From NCBI RefSeq assembly GCF_001194135.2, contig NC_068987.1:54946725-55010724 (forward strand): a stretch of DNA of 64,000 bases, written 5' to 3'. Shown in pieces: positions 52,757 through 64,000 of the stretch. The DNA comes from Octopus bimaculoides (lineage: Eukaryota). A model generated the notes under the pieces. That model did not search any database, was not told where the DNA came from, and saw only the letters and a program-made list of their open reading frames with translations. Position numbers and translations under genes: made by a program. How positions within the stretch are numbered: the stretch's first letter is position 1; the number at the start of each line of letters is the position of its first letter.

Positions 52757-52978
52757 CCCTTTTGATACCAACACGGCTGAAACAGCCTCTGGCTCTGTAG
52801 TACAAATGTCGTGTTTTCAAAAGTTCTGAATTAAAATCTTCCACCAAATCTTAGTCACAATTTATGTTCCTAACACTAGCTTAATGATAACTAAGTTATT
52901 TTACTAAATTCTTTGTTATATTTCAAATTAATTGAAAGAAACAGAGAGCATCTCAACAGAAATATGGTAACAAAAGGG
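52757..52978 (+). mobile_element. piggyBac-type MITE family 2, complete
   Basis: TTAA|CCCTTTTGATACCA ... TGGTAACAAAAGGG|TTAA (14-bp TIR, 1 mismatch); other partial copies about 56570-56712 and 60233-60432. Confidence 0.9.
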
Positions 52979-53008
52979 TTAAATTGATTGTATGTGTGTG
53001 TGTTTGTG

Positions 53009-53041
<33 letters not shown>

Positions 53042-53879
53042 ACACGTGGCATAGTTACAGGTATATGAATGGCTGTGTGGATATAGATTTCACCTCATAG
53101 CCAAATGGTCTTGTGTTCTACCCCCCACTATTTGGCTCTTTGGTTATTGACCAAAGCTTTGTGAGTAAAATTGGTAAATAAAATCTGTATGGAAGCCTGT
53201 CCTATATATGTATGTTTGTGTATGCATATGTTTACCTTCTACATGTCTGCATAAAACAGTGTAATTGAAGTTGATGTCATGTTCATATCTACCATAAGCA
53301 AATACATCCTGTAAGGTGATTGTTTTTGACCTGTGAAGTTAAGTTGGAGTAAAAAGTACCTTTATATGAAAACCAAGTAATTATTGATGACAGCTAGGGC
53401 ATCCATTTGTTGAATACTACCCCAGTAAGCCAGCCCACAAACAACCATGATACTAATATTATATATCTCTTCATTTGTTTTACGTTCATTATTCTATGCT
53501 GGCATGGGTTGGTTGAAAACTTATTGAGGCAGTATTTTATGATTGGACACAGTTATATGTTCCTACTTGATATCTTTGGAATGCAGCCGTGAGTCACTAA
53601 AGTATGCAAACTAAAAGGTACTAGAGCATAGCACTAACTTAACAGATGAATTATCTAGAGAGGCAAAAACATGCTTTTCTATATCTTTACACTTATGTTC
53701 ATATAGGTTCAGGTATGTAACCTTACAATGTGGCTATATATTAATAATAAAAATAATAATATATGCCAACAATTAGTTACTGCTTGAAAAACTAATGAGA
53801 TGCAGGAATGTATATGTGTGTTATTTCTTTACTACCCACAAGGGGCTACACACAGAGGGGACAAACAAGGACAGACGAA

Positions 53880-54020
53880 CGGATTAAGTTGATAATACCG
53901 ACCCCAGTGCGTAGCTGGTACTTATTTAATCGACCCCGAAAGGATGAAAGGCAAAGTCGACCTCGGTGGAATTTGAACTCAGAACGTAGCGGCAGACGAA
54001 ATACCGTTAAGCATTTTGCC

Positions 54021-54022
<2 letters not shown>
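53880..54022 (-). mobile_element. SINE family D
   Basis: Reverse complement of the core GTCGACTTTGCCTTTCATCCTTTCGGGGTCGAT. Confidence 0.85.
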
Positions 54023-54080
<58 letters not shown>

Positions 54081-54902
54081 ACATGTATAGATATACGTAT
54101 ACGTGGGGAGGGTGGGGTGGGATATGTGCAGGGTGTATGTGTATGTATCTGCATGTGTGTGGGTCGCATATGCGGGTGTTTATGTGTGTGTCTGTATATA
54201 TAAATTATATATATATATATACATACACCTGTGTGTGGGTGTGCATGTGTGTATATATAAATGTATTTAGATGGGTACGTGTATGTATATGTATTTGTAA
54301 AATGTGTATATATGAGTGTATGTATGCATGTGGGTATGTATAAACAGGAGTAGGGGTGTGGGATCCACCCTCAGTGATATTAGATGTGGAGCTAGTCAGA
54401 CTGTCTGCGAGCTGCCCTAGTCTTGAGGTGATTGCAATGACAGGCTTATGGTGAGATTTATCTTCCAACCATAAATTATAGGAACTATGGCTTAAATTGA
54501 CCATATAGCAGAGTGGGCCAACATCCCTTGTGTGAGTGTATGTACCAGCATGTGTCTGAATGTATGTATACACATCCCCACCTAAGCTAGTTAACTAAAC
54601 GACCTTTCACCCTCTTGACATTCTATCCTGCATATATCTTTCCCTTTTTTTTTTCTAGTACCATTCCTTTGTCTTGAACCCAATGTAACTCTATCCATCC
54701 CTGTCCATCCATTCACTGACCCTACATTTTTTTTTGTCTTTTTGTTATCAATAGTTATTTGTCTATACTTACAAATGTTTGCAATTCTTATTGAAAGATA
54801 GAATTGAAAAAAGGTAGCAATGTTTCATTCCCTAACCAGCTGGGCATATAACATGACAGCCAAATGTCAGGATCTTTAGCCAGAAACGACTTTATGTATG
54901 GG

Positions 54903-54989
54903 TGTACCTGATGAGACCCAGAATGCAGAATGGATGCAACACATGTTGACTGGAATCCCACCCATATGGGTCAAAACGATCATTGTACA
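54903..54989 (+). ncRNA. Fossil (CpG-decayed) type I hammerhead ribozyme
   Basis: TGTAC-CTGATGA-GACCCA...TGGGTC-AAAAC-GATC-ATT-GTACA: 5-bp stem I and 6-bp stem II are intact; three CpG transitions restore GAAAC-GATC-GTC. Confidence 0.5.
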
Positions 54990-57337
54990 AAATAACGATT
55001 AATAACAAATCCATCTTCTGGTTACTTAAGAAATTATTATTATTATTTTATATATAATATATATTTAGTTACTGTGACTCAAGGGCTGAGGGGTGCATTG
55101 GCACTTACCGGTGCACAACATTCTTGGTTCTGGAGTCACCCTGTAACTTGTGATAATTTATAAAATATATATATACTCATGTTCTGAATGGTATTTTCTT
55201 GTTTGCTTCACCAAACCTGTGTGTGTGTAGGGGGTGCCTTGTACTCAAGAAGACCCATCCTCTTCAGCAGAAGTGTTAAGCTGCTGCCCTTGATGAAGAG
55301 GATTGGCCTGCAAAAGTCTGGTACAGGTGCCATGTAAAAGTGCTCATGCTGGTGTCACATTAAAAGCACCCAGCATACACTGTAAAGTGGTTTATATTAG
55401 GAAGGGCATCCAGCCATATAAACCAAGCCAAATCAGACTGGTACCTAATACAGCTCTCCACCTTGCCAGCTCTGATCAAACTGTCCAACCCATGCCAACA
55501 CAGAAAACAGATGTTGAGGGATAATAATGCGGATATATATATTTTAAATGCATGTGACAACCAAATTTTTAAATGCATAATTTCCAAAGTGGGTTGTTTA
55601 TAATCATTGTTAAAATACTCACAGAAAGCATATGTATCATTTATATAAATTCATGTCAAGAATTATCTTAATTTATCCATATTAGTATAATTACATTGTT
55701 AAATACCATATTCTAAAGTGTGTGTGTGCACGTGCATTTTAGTGTGATAAAATTAATTTCCAAATGATTTATTACTATCAATTAAAAATAACAATGCTTT
55801 CAATAACTTCCTTCCTCCACAATAATATAAATTCCTGCTTGCTTCCTCATTCTAGTTGCTCACTTAAATATTAAAGGCAAAGGTTATTGAACAACAAGAA
55901 GTATTCTCAGTTCTTGTTGGGCTGTACCTGTCAGTTATTATTACTAATTCTCCACCCATTTCCAACATTTTCTCCTTCCACTCCTCATCAAGATTTATTT
56001 TTTAAAAAAGTTTTCCTTGGTGTAATATTTTATATTCTCAACCTGCTAGACATAGTAGCCAAATCACCCTCTAGCATCTTAAATGAAAAGGACGCTTAGC
56101 AGATATAGCTCTAAATCCCTGGTTCTTAACCAAGGTCCATACAAGGTTTTGTTCTACGATCTACAAAATATTTTTTAACAATTTTTTTTCATACAACTCC
56201 TAATAATATTTAATTATAAGAATATAATAGGATTTTATTTAAGCATCAAATGGCTAGGAGGCTACATTCAAGTAGAATAGGAATCAAAGGGATCCATAGA
56301 CAAAGATGGTTGAGAAACAGTGCTCTAGACACACCTTTTGGAAAAAATAAAGGTTTTCATGACCGGTATACTCTTGATAATTAAATCTAATCAACCATGC
56401 TTGACCTAGGGCTGAAAAGCAGTGTGAAGTTCCAATAACTCAAGGAAGTTCTTGTAATTTTACCATTTCACTTATGCCATGTAATGTATCAACTCTTTTC
56501 ATACCAATGCATTACAGATTGTCCTTGGTTCTCTGATATAGATTTCCTGTTTTAATGTCATTTGCATTAAAACCTATCGAAAATTCGTGTTTATTTATAT
56601 TCCAAACACCAGCTTAATAAATGACAAAGTTATTTTATTAAATTCTTCATTATTCTCAAAATTAATTAAAACAAAAGACTGTGTTTCAATAGAAATATGG
56701 TAACAAAAGGGTAGATGCCACAACATTTTATTTCCCTACTTTCCTCTGAAGTCACTTAAGTTGATCACCTGGTATTTGATGTCTCCTAATAATCTTTAGG
56801 ATAAACATTGGATATTGATTTTCTTGGTGGAAACAGATATAATTGGTGATTCACCAAACAGTGATTTGAACACGGAACTTGAAGAAATAAAACTAGATAT
56901 TGTTAGGCTGTCTGATGCTTTTACCATTTTTGCTATCTGATTATTCAAAATATTTTCTTGTTTGCACATTTGATTTGTTTCTGTGTGGTTTTACCATTAT
57001 TCTTCTTTCCACTAATATCCAACATTCTGGAAGTTTACTCTGATTTTGTTAGGTTAGTTTGATTCATGACTATGTTTAACTCCTTTGTTACCATATTTAC
57101 TGTTCAAATTTCCAGATACTGCTACTCACCCTTATAGTATGGAATAGCCATGTATCTCATCTATAGCAAGATATCTGTTCTTGTCTCTTTCTGTCTTACA
57201 CTAGCCTCTCAACACCTGGCATAAAAGCCACCTCCCCCATCCTAATGCTCCACCCCACTTAGTCATGGATGGAGCTTTTCTCTTTCCTGTTCTTTTCTGT
57301 TTCGCAATTTAATAGGCAATCTCACTAGTGCTGGTGT

Positions 57338-57725
57338 GGAGGCGCAATGGCCCAGTGGTTAGGGCAGCGGACTCGCGGTCATAGGATCGTGGTTTCGATT
57401 CCCAGACCAGGCGTTGTGAGTGTTTCTTGAGCGAAAACACCTAAAAAGCTCCATGAGGCTCCGGCAGGGGATGGTAGCAGATCCTGCTGTATTCTTTCGC
57501 CACAACTTTCTCTCACTCTTACTTCCTGTTTCTGTTGTGCCTGTAATTTGAAGGGTCAGCCTTGTCACACTTTGTGTCACTCTGAATATCCCCGAGAACT
57601 ACGTTAAGGGTACATGTGTCTGTGGAGTGCTCAGTCACTTGCACGTTAATTTCACGAGCAGGCTGTTCCGTTGATCGGATCAATTGGAACCCTCGTCGTC
57701 GTATGCGACGGAGTGCCAATAACAA
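57338..57725 (+). mobile_element. Full-length SINE family C
   Basis: 15-bp TSD CACTAGTGCTGGTGT (57323-57337 and 57726-57740). Confidence 0.93.
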
Positions 57726-58161
57726 CACTAGTGCTGGTGTCATGAAAAAAAACCCCACCTAGTACACACTGTAAGGTGGTTGGCATTGGGAAAGGCATCT
57801 AGCCTTAAAAAAACATGCCAAAGTTGACACTGGATCTTGACACAGCCCTGTTGTTTGCTGGATCCTGTCAAACCATCTAACACATGCCAGCATGGAAAAG
57901 AGATATCAAATAGCAATGATAATATACTGCATTTGTTTCAATTTATTTCGAAAAGAATGAAGAATTTAATAAAAGTAACTGTCATGATAAGCTGATGTTT
58001 AGAATATGAATTAACATGGAATTTTGATGGAGATTTTTAATTTAACTCTCTTTGAAATAGGGAATTTGTATCATGGAGTCAAGGCGGTATCAAGAGTTAA
58101 TGCTAATGATATCTTTCACTGTAAACTGGAAATAACTTCATTTAAGAACTGGTCTTCATAG

Positions 58162-58221
<60 letters not shown>

Positions 58222-58759
58222 TCTCCTCTCTCTCTCTCTCATATATATGCACACACACACAAAGCAGCATAGTGTAATTAGTTTTAAATTTGCATTTATT
58301 TTCAGTTTGAAATTTCACATAGATAAAACAATTTTTAACAATTTTTTTTTTATATATGGGTTAAGATTTTTTGCAAAAATATATCAATTCAAAATTTAGT
58401 TTCTATTGAATATTTATTTATATATTGCCCTTTCAAAAATAAATTGAATAATTTTCAGTTACTGAATTTTCTACCCCCTAAAACAGAATGTTTATTTACC
58501 TATAAATAGCTGTCATGGTTTATTGTAAATAGCCGAGTCCTTTTTATCTAAATCAAGTTAATTCAAGAGAACTAATTTCAGAATCTGATTACTTAATGGA
58601 ACTGATTGAATAGATGTTGACGTGGCATATAGATAAAAAAAGTTTGTAGAGGTGGCCAGTTATGGAGTGTTGGATCTTGTCTACTTCAGCTTTGGTTGAA
58701 GATGTCCAAAGATGTTTGTTTGATTGTGTTTAATCTTGAGCTGTTGTCTCATTTATTCT

Positions 58760-59060
58760 TTTACTTTGTTTCACTCATTGATCTGTGGCCATGCTGGGGC
58801 ACTGCTTTGAAGAATTTAGTCAAATTGACCCCAGTGCACATATTTTTAAATCCGGTATTCTGTCAATCTCTTTTGCAGAACTGCTAGGTTATGGGGACGT
58901 AAACAGTCCAGCATTGGTTGTCAAGCATTGTGGAGACAAACACAGACTTGCATGCACACAACAGGCTTTCATATAGTTTGTCTACCAAGCTCACATACAA
59001 AGTATTGGTGACCAGTGGCTATAGTTAGACACTTGGCCAAGTTGCTGTGCAGTAGAACTG
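58760..59060 (-). mobile_element. Old, CpG-decayed SINE family A
   Basis: Many CG to TG/CA changes relative to young copies. Confidence 0.75.
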
Positions 59061-59740
59061 ATATCATTGCTAGTGTTCTTTATATATATTTTTTGTTTAC
59101 TGTGATTGAATAATGAAAAAAAGATTAAAAGAATTATTTTGGCAACATTTACTGGGTGTTTAGATTTGTGTTTTGGCAAAGAAGAGATTCTTAGAACAGC
59201 ATTGGCACATACCTAAGAACCATCATTGAAGAATCTTGATATAGATTCAAATTTAACAGGTACTCACACTGTGATATGTTATATCTATCATGTAAATCAT
59301 AATTTTAATGTGTTGTTATTCCCTGCTGGCAAATGTTGGGGCAGGTCTGCAGCAAGAATATATATCACAATTCTTGACAATACTGCATCATCTGGTCTGA
59401 TTAGTGAAACATACTCAGATGTAAAGGATATATTTCATGTGCTTTTCGCTTCAGATAGCTTCCACTGTCAACTCACAACACATGTTCACCCAGCAGGTGT
59501 CATGCATTTGCATTATATGCCCATAGCAGTACAAAACCTCTTGTACATACTCACTAGCTTAATGCCTAGTTGTCATCTTCTTGCATTTCATATTTCATGT
59601 TTAACCTGTTATCATCACACAGATTCAGAGGTAATACTGAATTCATTTCTATCCACCTTCTTCAAATTTTCTATATTTAGTGTTCAAGCTTTATTTCTAT
59701 GCTGCATCATGCACCTTTTTGCACTTGTGCTTGCATGCAT

Positions 59741-59811
<71 letters not shown>

Positions 59812-61124
59812 CTCTTTTTTTTTTTTTTAATAGAGGTAAACAGCTTAATGAATTTCTTTTACTTCTTTCTTAACTCTAATAATAATGAATATCCATAAAT
59901 TCATAACCTAAGACGTACTTTAGGGATTCCAGTTGGAAAATTGCCTTTGTAAATAAGGAATTTCTCAACCTAAAAACAGTGACCTGACAAAATTGTTAGT
60001 ATGTTAGATAAAATGCTTAGTGGCATTTTGTCCATCTTTACATTCTGTGTTTAAATTCCCTGAGGTTGATTTCCCCCCCCCCCCCTTTCATCCATCATTT
60101 TGGGGTTGATGGAATAAGTATCAGTTAAGCATTGAGGACGAAGTAATCGACTTACACACTCACTGAAAATTGCTGGCCTTCTGTAAAAAATTAGAATTAT
60201 TTACACTTTACATCAGATTTTTTTTTTCCACCCCTTTTGATATCAACCTGCCTGAGATGTGTTCTGTTTAAAGTGATATGAATTAAAAGCTATCAAAGTA
60301 GCCTCTTAAATTACATTCCAAACATCAGCATCAGCTAAATAAAGACAAAATTATTTTACTAGATTCTTCATTATTTTAAAAAATTAACTGAAGCAAAGGC
60401 TGTATATTTCAACAAATGTGGTCATGAAAAGGTTGATATTGATCTGATGGATGCTAATGTTAAATAACAATGAGGCTGTTAATGTTATGCAATAAACGGT
60501 AATGTTGTGTACAAGACTGCCTTTTTTTTTCTCTTATATATAAAAAAGAAAATTGGGAAGGTGAACAAGTGAAGGTTGGTGGGTGAATATGGAAAAAAAG
60601 TTAAGAAACACTGCGTATTAAATAAAACAAGACAAGTACTTTGATCCATATGGTGCTTAAAGTTTCTAATTATATCTTGTCTATGTATACATTTAGAAAA
60701 TAGTTTCTTTGAATCACCCTAGCCTCATAATAGAGCGTCTGTTTATATACAATGTAAATTGTGTATGTTAAGTATGTAGTTTCTTTAAGCTAGTCTGACC
60801 CCTTTTTGCACTATTTCACTACCCTTGTGCCAATATTTGTGATTCTATCTATAGCTTATAACTTATAAGAAGGATAGTCTTTGCCTCCTCGACACTGCAT
60901 TTATTCTTCGGTGATGGACACTTTTATTTATGACTGCATTTCACTGTATGTAAATATGGTATCTTGAGATTGTTATTGATTGTATTTTCAGTTCAAGTTT
61001 GTTTGGGGAAACCCACTGAGTGTGACAGAAAAACCTCCCACATTTTACACAGTTATTGCTGTGGCACTAATTCAAGTTAAGTAATTGGCAACGGTGCCTT
61101 CATGTAGCTAATATTTCACTGTTT

Positions 61125-61335
61125 ATTAAGGTGGCAGAACCGTTAGCACACTGGGTGAAATGCTTTGCAACATCTAGTCCTGCTTTACATTCTGAGTTCA
61201 AATTCCACCATGATCAACTTTGCCTTCTGTTGTTTCAGGATTGATAAAATAAGTATCAGTTAAACACTGGGGTTAATTTAATTGACTTAGCCCCTCCCCC
61301 AAACCTGCTGGCCTTGTGCCAAAATATGAAGCCAA
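61125..61335 (+). mobile_element. SINE family D (further copies about 60000-60195 and 63700-63915)
   Basis: Head AAGGTGGC...CGTTAGCAC, core and GGCCTTGTGC end. Confidence 0.85.
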
Positions 61336-61636
61336 TATTTAACTATTTATTTTTTGGTGGTGGGCTCTAATGGTTGTGCTTTTGCATCCCAGTAGTCACA
61401 ACATTGTGTGTGTGTGAAATATATCTTGTGATTGTCACTAATTGACTTTGATTTGGGTTTCTCACTGGGTGTGATAGAAAAACTTCCCACATTTTACAGC
61501 GCTATTGGTATTGCACTAGTCAAGTAGGTATCTAAACCTCGATAATAACTGAAAAAAAAAGACAATAAAACTTGATCTATTTGAAGATATGTGCACTCCA
61601 TGCATTTTCTGTTGAAACATTTATCAAGAATATCTG

Positions 61637-61674
<38 letters not shown>

Positions 61675-62039
61675 GCATCCTGTATGTTCCAGTCATGACC
61701 ATCCCCTTTTTGTTCTCGGACAGTATAGAGAAAAAATTTTTTTATCCTATGTGTCCTTCCATTTTTATTTTAATATTGCAGGGATTGATGTGAGAGAAAT
61801 TTGATTTATTTCTAGTGACCACATAGTGACATTTTATTCATGCTTCTCTTAGATGGTGATTTCTAATATAGGCACAAGGTTACAAATTACAGGGAGAGGA
61901 TACTGGGGCTAATACACCCAGCCATTTTTTTGTGGTGTGGGGACCATATTTCTGTTAAAAATATATTGCCTTCGATTCTATTATGAAAACCATGAATAAT
62001 TTTAGTAAAATATCTTTGCCATTATTGGTATTTATTCTT

Positions 62040-62885
62040 TTACTTTTTTCAATCATTGGACTGTGGCCATACTGGTACTTGAAGGGCTTAATTAAACATA
62101 TTGACCCCAGTGCTTATTCTACCAGTCTCTTGATGAACTGCTAAGTTATGGGAATGTAAACAGACAAGTTATCAAGCAATGTAGGGACACACACCCACAC
62201 GCACATACCCACATGACTGGCTTCCGCACAGTTATTGTCTACCAAATCCACTCACAAGGCATTGGTAAACCTGGGGCTAACGTAGAGGACACTTATTCTT
62301 GGTGCCTCTCTTTGGGATTGAGCCTGAAACCATATGGTTGTGAAATCTACTGTTATGGAGAATAAATCAATATGATGTAAAGTGGTCTTATAGCATGCAA
62401 TTTGATATAAAGCTTTCATTTTGTTCTCTATGTAGCAGCAGTCATCAACCTTTTTTGCATCACAGACTGGTCCGGTGCTTATTTTGCTGATCTCTTACTC
62501 TTTTACTTGTTTCAGTCATTTGACTGCGGCCATGCTAGAGCACCGCCTTTAGTCGAGAAAATCGACCCCAGGACTTATTCTTTGTAAGCCTAGTACTTAT
62601 TCTATTGGTGTCTTCTTGCCGGACTGCTAAGTTACAGGGACGTAAACACACCAGCATCGGTTGTCAAGTGATGGTGGAGGAGGACAAACACACACACCCA
62701 CACCCACACACACATATACATATATACGATGGGCTTCTTTCAGTTTCCGTCTACCAAATCCACTCACAAGGCTTTGGTTGGCCCATGGCTATAGTAGAAG
62801 ACACTTGCCCAAGGTGCCACGCAGTGGGACTGAACCCGGGCCCATGTGGTTGGTAAGCAAGCTACTTACCACACAGCCACTCCTG
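62040..62885 (-). mobile_element. SINE family A: decayed copy 62040-62345 and young full-length copy 62499-62885
   Basis: Reverse-complement matches to consensus. Confidence 0.9.
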
Positions 62886-64000
62886 GTCTATTGACAAACT
62901 GCTAAGTTAATGGGGACATAAACAAACCAACACAGTGGCCTTACAACATGCAATTTAATGTAGGTTTTTCATTTTGTTCCATGTAGCAGCAGTCCCCAAC
63001 CTTTTTTGCATCACAGACAGGTTTCAGTTTCCCCCCTAGACCAAGGGATTACATGCATAACAAAACAAAATGCATAATATATTAATCTAAATATTACATA
63101 TATAATACATATATGTGAAGGTATGTTGCCTGAAGGTTTGGGTGTTGCATTCATGATTGCTAGATTGTGGATTTAGTTCCAAGATAGGGTGGTGCGTTGT
63201 GTTCTTGAGCAAAACACTCCATTTTACATTGCTCTAGTGGGTGGAGGAGTAGCAGGAACATTGGCACATCGGCAGAATGATGTGTTACAGCATATCTTCT
63301 GGCTCTCTCCATTCTGAGTTTAAATCCATATTTGTCACAAAAAATCATGTAAAAAAAATTTGCCGAAAACAATCGCAGTAATGAAAACATAGGAATCTAA
63401 AATTTCAGGATTCCAAGTCCAGATTCAGCCCGAAATGTTTTTAATTTACTCATGGAGTTGGCCTTTAGATTATAAAAAATTTTATCGTACAAAAAAATTT
63501 GTCGCTAAAAGTCACGTAAAAAAATTGCGGGAAACAATCACAGTAATGAAAACTTGGGAATCCAGAATTTCAAGATTGTGGGTCCAGTTTCAGTCTGGAA
63601 TGTTTATAATTTACTCATAGAGTCAGGCTGGAGCTACAGTCTCTAGGAGTAAAGTTGCAAAAGTGTGACATGCTGACACTCACATTTATTATATTATATT
63701 AAGGTGGCAAGCTGGTTGAATCGTTAACATGCCAGGTGAAATGCTTAGCAGTATTTCGTCTGCTGTTAGGTTTTGAGTTCTAATTCTGCCAAGGTCAACT
63801 TTGCCTTTCATCCTTTCATGGTCGATAAAATTAGTACCAATGACATGCTGGTGTCAATGTAATCGACTTAATCCCATCCCCCAAAATTTTGGGCCTTGTG
63901 CTTCCTCAAGAAAGGATTTATTAAAGTTGAAAAAGCGTGACACACTGACATTCACATTTATTATATGAGATATGTTTAATTTTGGGGAAACTTATTTCAG

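Noticed and set aside
337-63620. Most ORF-track entries (His/Thr, Tyr/Ile, Val/Cys, Leu/Ser repeats and poly-X ORFs)
   Set aside because: They are translations of (CA)n, (TA)n, (TG)n and (CT)n microsatellites, N gaps or SINE bodies.
1-64000. Cephalopod expansion families (protocadherins, C2H2 zinc fingers, reflectins)
   Set aside because: No cadherin, HTGEKP-linked zinc-finger or reflectin motifs were seen in any frame I inspected.

Overview
AT-rich, gapped eukaryotic scaffold, most likely from an octopus (inferred from the SINE repertoire, dense compound microsatellites, TTAGGG repeats and patchy CpG depletion). I recognise no intact named protein-coding gene; nearly all ORF-track entries come from microsatellites, N gaps or repeats. 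The window is dominated by several tRNA-headed SINE families, three TTAA-flanked piggyBac-type MITE families, hAT- and mariner-type non-autonomous elements and a decayed mariner transposase (30.55-31.06 kb). The best non-routine signals are: (1) a near-intact minimal type I hammerhead ribozyme motif on the minus strand at about 3.82-3.87 kb; (2) a CpG-decayed fossil hammerhead at about 54.9 kb; (3) a 165-bp foldback element with a telomeric-repeat loop and 9-bp target-site duplication (TSD) at about 33.4 kb; (4) a CpG-retaining block (about 12.6-25.9 kb) holding candidate short, mostly phase-1 exons, one encoding a transmembrane helix, plus a broken coding-like stretch; (5) a CpG-retaining island at about 31.7-33.3 kb that may be a promoter or first-exon region. 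All exon calls are unverified. CpG statements are by eye, not computed.
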